This document shows positions 1 to 11,105 of a DNA stretch of 64,000 bases, piece by piece. Under the pieces are notes generated by a model. That model saw nothing but the letters and a program-made list of their open reading frames with translations, had not been told where the DNA came from and searched no databases. The DNA is from Cycas panzhihuaensis (Eukaryota; Plantae; Cycadophyta), in contig CM041465.1 of NCBI GenBank assembly GCA_023213395.1, positions 87,613,741-87,677,740 on the forward strand, written 5' to 3'. The first letter of the stretch is position 1, and every line of letters starts with the position of its first letter. The position numbers were made by a program, and so were the translations under genes.

Positions 1-789
1 GGGAAGGCGTTCAAATATGTTTATTAGAATTATTTTTTGTGGCAAAAATTAAAGCATTTTAAGTCCTTTGAAAAGTTGAAAATGTCATTATTCATTTGTA
101 GAAAATCTAAGTTGAAGATTCTAGTAAGTGCAACAACTAGGGGACGTTTTGCAAGTTGTAAAAGAGGTAACATCAAGTTCTATACCAATCCCCTCTAATT
201 ACTTTTCAGTTTGCTGATAATGAACACACTTTTTTTCCAAAAGGCATAGGCCATATGTTGAAAATATTTGAGCATCTTTTAAGAAGAAATAAAAGAAGAT
301 TGAAATTTCAATGGGAAACAATATTTGTATGGTGGTAAATGGCCTCATAAGAGAGAGGGATTGATTAAAATGGCATTGATCATACTTTTCTTATTGAAAA
401 GATAACAATGGAACTAAATCAATAACCCTAGCTCAAAAACAACTAAATTATTTATCTAATTGTAAGAGCCATGCTAAAAGAAATTAAGATCAACTAGAAA
501 CTCAATTAGTTGCTATTAAAGCTAATTTAACATTACTTCTTCAAAAGAGATGAGAGTAAAGAAAGAGCAAGGAAAACCTTCTTTCAACTTCTATAATGAG
601 TTTTAGATTAAAAAACCATTTTTTTCGACTTCAACATAACTTGATCTAGCTCTACTCTCAGATGTTGAGAAACCTTGAAAGTCTTTTCTAATTTTGCTAC
701 AAAAAATACCATAAATAAGGTTGATTTAAAAGAAAAAATCCAATATGACAAAACTTATCATAAGCTTGGCTTTGAATTATTCTTAGCAA

Positions 790-1560
790 ATGTTAATGGC
801 TTTACCCTAAATTTGGATGGTTCATAAAATCTTGTTGATTCTCTTTGGGCTTGGATTGGAAGTCTCTAAATTCTTCAGTAAGATGTTAATCTCACAAATG
901 ATCACATATTTGTATATATGTCAAAAGACAAATGATTGGTTTTGTTTATAAGTAGTGGACTATTGGAAGTATAGCAAAAAACGTTAAGTGGTGAACTTTG
1001 GTCTTCAAGTAGTAGTACTATTGATTACCAACCAGTCATATCTTCCTTAGTTAATGTTAAAAAAGATGTTATATAATTGCTTGGCAAGATTTGAATCAAT
1101 TTGAGCCCTATGTTAATGATTATTTAAATGGAAATTTAGAAGTCATTATTACATCATGGTCCTCATGGCAAAATTAGATTCCCAATGAGTCTTCCAAATA
1201 ATTTGTGAAATCTAATACTATAAGATATGGAAAGTCAATATAAATATTGATGATTTTTTTGTTAACATTGTCAATAAGTGTAGACAGAGAATTAAATAGC
1301 TTTATTGGTAAAAAAAAGCACAACAAACTACTACACTTCCTAGTCAAAAATGACACAAGGAATACTTTTCCTTGTTTTGCCAAGAGTTGTCCCAAGAAAC
1401 ATTACAAAAAGTCGACTTTGAAGAGTGTCCAATCCAAGAAGACCTTTTCCAAGGTATCACTGTCTCAAAAGACATATATCTAATTGTAGGTTGGTCCTAA
1501 AAGATGATGTTTTATTTGTTTCCCAAAAAGGGCATTATGCTAGAAATTGCGCTCGTAAGG
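790..1560 (+). pseudogene. Caulimovirid-type coat protein remnant with CX2CX4HX4C zinc knuckle
   Basis: LNLDG/W-rich N-terminal block, WQDLNQFEPYVNDY, Lys-rich linker (ORF 1247-1483), then C-F-I-C-S-Q-K-G-H-Y-A-R-N-C with a 1-nt insertion. Confidence 0.7.
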
Positions 1561-1609
1561 TATTAAACAAAGTTAAAATGTTTTTGACTATTAAGATAGC
1601 CACTTAAGA

Positions 1610-1765
1610 GCTAATCAACGATGCAGCCAAAGGTATGGTTAAAGAAAGGCACCACTTGTTGGAAATAAGTTATTGTACCCATTGACCTAATGGGCACATC
1701 ACCCATATTGTATTGTAATTGATTTTTTGATTTAATGATATATATTTACCTTAAAAAAAAAACAA
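1610..1765 (+). mobile_element. 5'-truncated LINE 3' end with poly(A), same family as the LINE at 46112-51654
   Basis: Flanked by a 17-bp near-perfect TSD AAGA(T/A)AGCCACTTAAGA (1593-1609 / 1766-1782), ends in an A-run, is absent from viral copy 2 (empty site ~58560), and its 3' end resembles the reverse complement of 46112-46200. Confidence 0.8.
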
Positions 1766-2199
1766 AAGAAAGCCACTTAAGATTGCCAATTAATTGATAG
1801 AATTGACAATTGTGATGGTGAGTTATACATTTATACATTCTTATTGAAGACAGAAGAGTTTAACGATGAGCTATTGGATGCTCCCTCCCTTCGTGAGCAT
1901 AAGATATTTTGTATTATTTTTTTCTAACGAGGTTGAAGAAACAATTGAAATCGACAGATGTACCATTTGTTCCAAAGAATTTGTCACAAGTGACACTAAT
2001 GAAACCATTGAAATGAACAAGTTTGAAATGGTCCATTTTAAATGTCACAATAATTAGTCTTGACTCATTAGTACTACCACTATTGTTACTATGTCCAAAA
2101 CAAAGACCTCATATAAAGTTGTCATCAAATCCTATCATCAAAGAGTGTTGATGAACCATTATTAGGAGAAGAGTTACAGATACTAAAAAAGATGGTCAA

Positions 2200-2540
2200 A
2201 ATCAACACGTCTTTACATTCCATTATAGATCTTTGTAAATAATTCATGGCAGAAGGCGGTTGCATTTTGTGACACAACAACCACTTTAAATATGGTTGGA
2301 TCTCAACTCCTTGAAGGGTTATGGAACAATATGTCGATGTCATTATCCTTAGAAACCCATAATGGCTCAATTTCTATTTCAAAGTATGTACTTTCAGTTT
2401 TTGTTAAAATGGGAGATGATATGACTATGCAATCTCAATTATGTGAATACTTTGATCCTTCTAGTATTACTATGTATGCCATTCCTCGATTTAATTGGCC
2501 CATTTGCCATCAATAGAGATTATTTTGTTGCTACAATCTA
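2200..2540 (+). pseudogene. Viral aspartic protease remnant (catalytic motif reads D-T-T)
   Basis: NSWQKAVAFCDTTTTLNMVGSQLL...ETHNGSISISKY...; paralog at ~59000-59317 ends SSIIMFAMPFLDLIDLITINTDYFIATI, resembling the retropepsin I-I-G-x-x-F-L C-terminal motif. Confidence 0.6.
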
Positions 2541-4379
2541 AGGAGAGGCAATGTTGCTAGTGAAGGTGCAATGTACCATTGGCTATTAGATTTAAACATT
2601 TGCAAGATTACAATAAGCTACAATTATAAATCAAGATCGTATGATAGTTTGGCGATGCATTAAATTAGGATTTGATAAAGGATTAAATGATTAATTAAAA
2701 TTTAAGCGTTTAAGGTGGTAACTTTGTTGAGTGTTAGATCAACAATTTTTTTCTTCATCATTCTTTACATCATTCATGATGTAAACAATAGTGAAGAACA
2801 TAACATTTCCTAGAGGGAGTCTTTGAAGAACTTATGAAGTTGAATTGTACTCTCTTCACAATTCTAAAGTATATAGAAATATTTACAATAATGTTCATGA
2901 TTGACAACACTGGTACTAGTTGCAAATTGCAAGCATGGAAGACTTTTAAAGTAAATATCGATGTCATGAGTGATCTATAGCATAGTGGCTTGACATATAT
3001 AGATTTTGCTCTTCTAGTTTTTCCTTGCCCCAAGTTGGTTTGCCTACTTTTCGAATACCTCAATCTGTGAGAGAGAATTATCATTAACACAAATAGCTAG
3101 GTAATTTGTGGTCTTTTGCCAAATAATTTTCAAAGGATTTTTTGTCTACTCGATCCCACCATACTCATTGATGAGATTAAGTTTGAACAGTTATAAAGAA
3201 GGATAAATAATTAAGAAAGAATATATCATATTGACACTTAGAGAAACTCAAGCTTGATAGGAAAAGAGATGGTTTGAAAGTATAAGTTTTTGTTGAATGC
3301 ATCAATTTCCTACCATCTAGGAATTTAACACTCATCGATCATATAAGTGAGTTAAGTATGCATTCATTGCTTTTGTTTATAATTTGATTATTTATTTTCA
3401 TGATTATGCGCTTGTAAATGCTACTTGATCTTACTTGTGATGTGATGATAAGTGTGCTCACTTTTATTACTTTATGATGATCCTAACTATGCTCAATGGC
3501 ATTTATTCCTTGTTCACTTGGGTCCCTTATATTCAGAGACACTCTTAAGCGCTTTCATGAGCACTTCCATCCCCTTTTTGGGACTATTTTTTCCTTTTTT
3601 TTCATTACTGTTAATCAATTATTGGTCATTGACCCCTTTTTTAGCCACTTTAACTAATGCGAGATTGATCCTACCCTCATATTTTACCCCACCTTTCCTA
3701 TGGAATTTGGGACTTCACTCATCTATCACCCAACCTTTTGGGGTTTGGGCAAACCCTACTATTCCACCTCATTCAATACCCCAACCATCTATTGTTGGGG
3801 GTAGGGCAAGTCTTATTCCACAATCTACTCAAATTGTGGTGGTGCGTACCCCTACCCCATATGTCCCAGTTGGCTACATACCCAAAAAGTGGGGGTATAT
3901 CAGGCCTCAACCCTATCACACATACAAAGTGAATTTGCTTCATCCATATGGGATAGCCCCTCCATTTGGGGGCCCATACGGTCAAAACCCACTTCGGCGT
4001 CCCTCTGTTTATCCTCCTACACCTTTGAATATGATTTTCTATTAAGGAACTCCAATGTAAAGGGAAATGCCTCACTAAGCTTAAACCATTATTAATGCGT
4101 GGTAAGCACCCACTTAGGTTGTTCAAGCCCCTCTTAGCTACGGTTATTTCCATGGGAACCCTAGGTATAGAGGAAATATACCTCATGCAGCCAACCCACC
4201 TCTAGTTAGGGGTAATCCTTCAACCTGTTCAACCATATCAAACCTACCATCAAGGGCATCACCTCTATGGTGCTATCAAAGGCCAATGTCCTTATGAATT
4301 ACAACTTTGACCTATGGACTCATGGCCCCAACCTGCAACATGCTCGTACATTGACTATATGAGTAGTTCTTTGCCCTCG

Positions 4380-4900
4380 ATGTGCTCAGGAACAACTTGT
4401 CACCCCATCTACCTCAAGTTCCTAAGTTTGGTGGGACAACTCAACAAGATCCTACAAACTAGGTTAAAGCTTTTACCATGGCATGTATGGATTACCTACC
4501 CTATGATATTATGATGAAGTTGTTCTTGCACTCCCTCCATAAGGATGCTCTTAAATGATTTTATGGTCAATCCGCACATTCTATTCACACCTTCCAATAA
4601 CTAGTTGACACTTTTGTTAGCTATTTTGACATGCCTAAACCTTTCGAGAGTGGGGGCTAAGACCCTCCTCTCCCTTAAACAAGGTCCTAACGAGCTTAGC
4701 AAGGATCTTGTTAGGCACTTCCATGACCTCCTTTATTCTTCTAAGGCCACATTGCCTAAAGAGTTGAAGTGAGATATTTTTATTAATGCCCTACGTCCCA
4801 AGGTGCAAGTGGAAGTGCTCAAAATGGGCGCCACCACATATAAGAGTGCAATAGGCAAATACCTTGCCTTTGGGTTTATTAAGATCTAGATGATAATCAA
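4380..4900 (+). pseudogene. Retrotransposon Gag remnant (Tat/Ogre type)
   Basis: PQVPKFGGTTQQDPTN*VKAFTMAC..MMKLFLHSLHKDALK*FY..SIHTFQ*LVDTFVSYF..LLSLKQGPNE; Pro-rich N-terminal part at 3650-4300. Confidence 0.75.
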
Positions 4901-5878
4901 GAAGTTCACCAAACCAACTTGGAGACATGAAGCTTCTACACAACCTAAAGGACTAAACTCCGTGTTGGTACTATCGATAAGATTATAAATTCCCTCACTT
5001 TTATCGTTCACTCATTCAAAAAAATAATTTTGGACCTTAAGCTACAACTTAAGCCACTGAAAGGTGGAATTTGTAACCTCAATGTCAACAAAACCATTGA
5101 CCTTTTCATCAAATTACCCAACAACCTTATCAGCTTAAGGGTAACAAAGGAGATACTCCCCTTGTTGTCAAGAAGCGGTGTTGGGTCCATTAGAGTTATG
5201 CCCATGATGACGATCATCATTGGACTTAACACCCAGAGCTCTAACCTCTTCGAGAGCCTTCTACACCTCCAACATTGAGGCCCAACCTTGATCAACAAAT
5301 CTATAAGGATTCCTTCCTTCAACATCATGGTGGTTCTAAGTCTTGGGCATCAAATGTTAAGGGCAAATCCCCATAGACCCAAATTGCCACTTCTCAACCA
5401 AGTGGTGTGCAATAAGAGCAATATTAGCCTTTGGCAAAGGCCTAATCCACTAAATTGGGAGAAGTTGTTGAACATTATAATGTAAAGGGTAAGTGTATTA
5501 TTCCCCACCCACTGTTACCTGAGTTCAAGCAACTTGGGAAGCTAACACTTCCTCTCTTAACCGTCAACCTACTGAGATCCCTATGCTCCCCAAGGTTATC
5601 CTCGTCCATCTTGGTCGTTACAGCATGAGGAGGGTGCTCCCCCAATCTACTTGTAAAGGGAAGCCCTTGTCCATCATCGAGGAGCTTTAGTCTGTCTCTA
5701 CTAGCATGTCCATGATGGGTGTTTTATAAAGTTGCCCCAATCAATGACAATTACTCTTGAATGCATTAAGACCTTGTGAGGCTAGTTCTATTTTTGTTAA
5801 GCAATCAACTAAACCTCTTTTGTGAATTGACCCAGGGGAATCCCCTTCCTCAGAGAAGACAAAGTGCCAACTCCTCTT

Positions 5879-6046
5879 CACCTATGGGATAGCATATCAT
5901 CCATTAATGCCATACTTGCCCGTATGCTCAAAGAGTTGGGTCAATTAATGGATGATATGCTATCCCATAGGTGTCCTACAAAGGATGGTTGTTGATAGCA
6001 TATCATCCATTAATGCCATACTTGCCCGTATGCTCAAAGAGTTGGG
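5879..6046. repeat. Perfect 30-bp inverted repeat (5879-5908 / 5944-5973) overlapping a perfect 53-bp direct repeat (5888-5940 / 5994-6046)
   Basis: Read directly from the sequence. Confidence 0.9.
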
Positions 6047-6300
6047 CATTGATGCCCTTGAGCCTATTGTTGAGGATATGATGGCTTCTCCAAGCCCCCC
6101 TTAGGGATGGTCATCATTGCCCTTACCCTTAAGGATAAAATTATCCCCATTGAGATTATTGTCTTGGATATTGACATGGACTAGAACCTCCTTCTAAGGA
6201 TGCCATGGTTTAACCAAATGGAGGGTATTTGTTCCAATCTTTGGGGACAACTCAAATTTGTTTATAATGGAAAGATTCATACCATACAACACCATGAGTG
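5980..6300 (+). pseudogene. Tat/Ogre-type aspartic protease remnant
   Basis: RMVVDSISSINAI... and IIVLDIDMD*NLLLRMPWFNQMEGICSNLWGQLKFVYNGKIHTI, matching the NLLLGRPW..PSTLHQ.LKF..NG pattern. Confidence 0.7.
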
Positions 6301-8599
6301 GAGCCAATCTGACCTCCAACAATCCATACAAGCCTGTTTTAATAATGAGAAGAACAAGGAAGAATTAGGTTCTTCGTTCTAGGATGAAAGACCCAAGTTT
6401 GACCATGGCTTGATCCTTCTCAAGTTAAACATGATTCACTTTGTATCTATAGGTGTGGGGAACTATAGATATGTGGGTATCCTTAATGATCATGAGTTTG
6501 GTGATGGAGATGCCCTTGTTGAAAGCATAAATATATTCAATCATGTTGGGGATACCACTCCCCCCACCCTTGCACAAGACTCCTTGCCTTGACCTTCTCT
6601 CATACTTAGCCCTAATATTGATTCTATTGTGGGTGATGGAGCTTATTTTGGAAGATCCTTCCTTTGACTCTTTATGGGAGATTTTCAATACTCATCATTC
6701 ACCATCGACAGATCTTTTTCAATCCATTGAGCTCCCACACTGGGATGACTATCCTGAAGAATCCCAACAACTCATAGATTTGGCCCATGATGCCAACCTT
6801 GATTTACTCCTTTCCCTCCCCCAAGTTGGTGACAAGTCGGCCTTGGAGCATAATTATTTATAAAACAATTGGGGCCTTGTCCAAGTACTCAACATTGCTA
6901 AGTCCCTAACCATAAGACTTCTTACTTTATTACTAGGTGGTGGCACTACCATCACAACCATTGTCACATGCACAATTTCGACACACGATAACATCCTAAT
7001 AACTTTTAATGCCTGTCACAATGTGGGAGGGTGCATTGGCCTACATGGCAACCAACCCAAGTAGCACGCCCTCGAAATGGCCAATTCCTTAACAAATACT
7101 ACATTTGATGCCAAGGCACATCACCCTAAATAAAAAGACATAAATAGAATAATAATCTATAAAAAATTATATATTAGGAGATGTAAGTAGCCACAGATCT
7201 ACATGGCCTCCTTCCCTTTCGGGCATATCCCTTGGGGGAATTACACTCCACGTTAATGTAGTTTGCCATACTATTGGTACTTTTTTTTTGTTGGTTTTGT
7301 AGGGTACTCCTCATGGCTCTCATATAAAATGTGCATATGTGCACTTATGAAAAACAAAATAAATAAAGAGATATATCCCATTACAAATGTAAACTTAGTA
7401 CAACTTTATAAATAAAATCATCTATGATATGTGATAAAACAAAATGCATGATGATCAATGGTCTGTTACACTACTAGCTATCCATGTGATACACATATAT
7501 GTATATCCATATATCTACATATCTACAATAAACTTAAAACATATTACATTTCCATAACCATAATATAAAACACATGTCAAACTAATGGGGAGCTCAAGTT
7601 AACATCCTATCAATACATATACATTAGCAAAAACGGTGAGACCATATGCAAGGGAGCTCGTGGTTATGTGAGGAGATAATATAATGCTTAATCAACCATC
7701 GTTCTCTCATCTCACCCTTATGGAACATGCTTACCTCTCCCAAAATAGCACAAAATACCTAGATCATGGATCCCCCTCTCATCCTCTCTAGGATTCCCCT
7801 TCCTCGGGAGACCCTCTACCCTCTATGCTAGAGCGTCTCAACTGGTTTACTTGGCTTGCCTCGTCTCGTCTCTGTTGTCTCTCAGTCATCCTCTGCGATG
7901 GTGTATGAGTACGCAATGATCTAGTTGCTATAATCTCAACCATTCACTGTTAAGACATAAGCACTTAATCCCTCTCCTTGATCAACTAGTTTATGTTGTT
8001 TGTCATATTCTCTACTTGGGTCTGCAGTGTAACTATTTGTACCTTTACCTCGGGTATCGTCTATATCGACTCTGCCATTGGGGTTACTTGGCCTTGAAGT
8101 TGGGAAATGGTCATCCTATTTACCCTCCATATCTTGAGGGACCTCATCAGAGGTGCAAATACTCCTAGGTGTGGGCAGGCTAGTGTCGACAGTCCTGTGC
8201 CCTCCATGAAAAGTTGCCTTCCTTGTACACCTAAGATAGCAATAAGTCCAACACTGTCTTCACGAAGACACCTATGAATTACTCCAACTCTGCACCATAA
8301 TATAAAGAAAAGGATCACTCTGAATATCATGTGAAACCAACATAAATATAAATATAAATATAAATATAAAGCTAAACTACATTAAGTATGTGAAAGGAAG
8401 GGTGTAGGTTGAGAGTATATCGTTGGCGTCATCAACACCTCCTCCTATTGCTTGTTTCTCTCCTTCCATGTCTCCAATTAGACACTTCTTTAGCCCTTGC
8501 TCTGGTTCAAATCCCTCTACAACTGTTGGAACCTCCTTTGTTGCCTCGATCTATTATGGGGGCATTACTATGCCCCTACATTCAACATCTGCAAGCTCC

Positions 8600-9450
8600 T
8601 CTTTGTCTAAGTCCTAGTAGACCCTATTGTAAGAGTCCCGTATAAACCTTTATACTGTGAGATCGTCTAGCGAGCTGGCATAAATACCTTGTCTTATTAC
8701 AATGACTGGTCCCATGCCCCTAAACCAAGTAAGCCACCTATGGATCAATGGGTCATCGATTGCTATAGATTGTGGCCCTCTGTGGGGGTGCCCTCCCATG
8801 CAGTAACTAAAAAATTAGTGTTGTAGAAGGGAGTAGTATGGGAGTCCCCTTAAGCCAGCCTCCCTAATCTTATCTAGTTGGCATGTCAAATTATAGTGGA
8901 TCAAGCTGGCTTAGTTAAACCTTTTCCTAGCCTTACATCGTGACACACAATCAAACCAACCTTTGGGGAACATTGAGTAAATGTGTCACATCATTACTCA
9001 AAATAAGATTGCACATACTATGAGCTTTCACACTTGCAGAACTTATGTCGATCTTAAGTGCGTAGGAAGGTCAATCCCTCGCTGATCCCACTCTTTGTCG
9101 TCATAGAAATATATGGCTATTGTTCTATGCATCTTGTCATTGTTGGATAAGGCTCCTAGTTATGACATTGTCCCTGTATACGATACTCCTAATATCCATC
9201 GAATATCTCCATCACCTATTTGAGGCAAGTGAAATACTTGCCTTGCTTGGTCCTAATGGGACACAATATCCACCAACAATCGTTGGTATAACAATACTGC
9301 TATGAGTTGACCAACTAATATAATTTGTAATGCCTCAAAGTCTACTACATCATGGCTCCTATCCCTGTGATCAGACCAAACATGGTTGGTTCGATATACT
9401 CCCTATTAGTCACAACCAATATTACCTACAAGTCACCATAACATTAGTCA
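8600..9450 (-). pseudogene. Plant mobile domain (PMD, aminotransferase-like) antisense ORF remnant
   Basis: Minus-strand fragments ST*VLQV* (cf. LLQxWxxE) and LTCQLDKIREAGLRGLPY (cf. R..LD......W.PY); antisense PMD frames are known in Tat/Ogre 3' regions. Confidence 0.4.
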
Positions 9451-9600
9451 GATATCAAATCACTTATAAACATACTCAAAACTAAACTATAATTTGGAAT
9501 TTACTTAATTTCGTCGAGTAATGTCAAACCCATGATTATTAAATTATTATAATTATCCATTTGATGTGTACTAAGGGGTCATAGTGCATGCACTTCTTAA

Positions 9601-10500
9601 TGTTGTAGGTCATTAGTTAACCAAGTGGTTCCTGATATGGGATTAGATAGCCATTGAGTGATATGTATTATAAATATGTATTAGTTTATCATAATATAAT
9701 TTGGAAGCGATTATTTCCAATAAGCATATTGTGTTATGTGTTTGTCCATATTTGTTCTTTATTTATTCACTTATATAACTCAATAATTCATAGTCTTGAT
9801 CTTAGGCATGTATATTTCTTTATATTTTGTAGAAGTGATGTTATATAGTCTTGGACCTATTATATATTTCTAATAAGTGGTATTAGAGTTAGGTTTATTA
9901 GAACCTAGTTTGACCCCAGTTAGGTTGTAAGACAATGAGTGTGTCCAAGTCTCAATGTTTTGATTTAGAACTTATTTACATATGCTTGTTTGTGACTAAT
10001 GAAAATGGTAGTTTATTTGTCAGGTGAAGATTTGTTGTAGGTTGTGATGCTTTCAAACCATGGTTTTGCAGGGTACCTTGAGTATGTTGGGGCATGAACA
10101 TTGAAATCTAACCAAAAGAATAGGTGTTGCAGTTATGTTGAATTCCACAAAGGTTTGATACTATTTTATTTGTTTTTAGACTGTTATATAAATATTTTGC
10201 CAATATACATGTAAGTGTTGTATGTGAGATTGAGAATGGGGCTTTTGAAGTAGGCTTGATTACCATGTTAAAGCCAGTGATGTGTCAGATAGGCTATTAT
10301 TCTCTCTGTCATGTGATGAAGTGATCATGATTCAAGATGAGGGTTTTGTGGTATAAGTTGGTGTAGTATATGGTTTGCTTATGAGAGAACAATGACGTGT
10401 TGTGTCTATAAGATGCAGAACTTGCTAATCTCTTAAGAACCTACATTTTTTTAAGAAAGCTATCGGTAGTGTGTATGTGCAACGAGGGTTTGCAGGTTTG
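9601..10500 (+). mobile_element. Small degraded Copia-derived or TRIM-like LTR fragment
   Basis: TGTTGTAGG at 9601, Met-PBS-like TGGTATTAGAGT at 9878-9889, then CAGGTGAAGAT followed by a second TGTTGTAGG at 10033; similarity of the two putative LTRs beyond the first 10 bp is weak. Confidence 0.4.
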
Positions 10501-10559
10501 TTTATTAAAATTATATTAAACGATTGCAACTAAGTTGGTCATTATTTTCTCCATGTCAT

Positions 10560-10940
10560 TACTACTCTACACATATGGAGGAAGTTGTGGTAACCCCGAC
10601 CCATTTGTTGTCGCTTGGAATATTCGTGACTAAGCGAGTTGTGTTTTGATTAGTGTTAGAATATATATTTCAGTGGCTACTAATAACATAACTGAGTATA
10701 GTGCTATCATTGAAGCCCTAACTGATGCATTTGGGGTTCATCCTGGTCCTATTGACTTGGTTTCTGGCTCGCAACTAGTCATTTGTTAGCTCACATAGGT
10801 TTATCAGGTTCATTATCCCTAATTATGTTCCCTTGCTAACTTGGCAAGATTCCTTTTGGCTCAATTCTTATCTATTATAGTTCACCATGTTCCACAAGAA
10901 CAAAATACTGAGGTCGACCAATTGGTGGCCCATATCTTAA
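10560..10940 (+). pseudogene. Archaeal-type RNase H domain (aRH) of the Tat element
   Basis: LYTYGGSCGNPDP..ATNNITEYSAIIEAL..SGSQLVI..HHVPQEQNTEVDQLV, matching DG.S.GNPGP / TNN.AEY / DSQLV / HVPR.QN..AD.LA. Confidence 0.85.
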
Positions 10941-11105
10941 AGTGTCATCTCTCATGGGATGGTTCCCGAGTTTGTTGTTGAGATTAGGCTTCTGAATCAC
11001 TTTCACGTGTATTTGTAGTTCCCTTCACCAAGAAACATGTATGCATATATCGATGAGCATTGTTGACAACATTCACCATCCCGCAACACATGTCTAGGGA
11101 GGTCA

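Larger units (their letters stand above)
1..3290 (+). mobile_element. Endogenous caulimovirid (pararetrovirus)-like sequence, copy 1 (starts before window): MP-like remnant, coat protein, aspartic protease, unknown 3' frame; degraded
   Basis: Manual translation through stops and frameshifts gives GFTLNLDGS*NLVDSLWAWIGSL (caulimovirid CP-like, ~798), zinc knuckle CFIC-SQKGHYARNC (1508-1550) and protease-like AVAFCDTTTTLNMV followed by a MPFLDLI..TINTDYF-type C-terminus (seen best in copy 2). Colinear with 45810-60070. Confidence 0.7.

Noticed and set aside
2770-3090. Minus-strand 106-aa ORF with a paralog at 59550-59780
   Set aside because: Antisense to the probable viral plus-strand frame; conservation is explained by the duplication.
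3452-4186. 197-aa and 137-aa overlapping ORFs
   Set aside because: Fusion of LTR sequence to Pro-rich gag created by a deletion, and its antisense shadow; not host genes.
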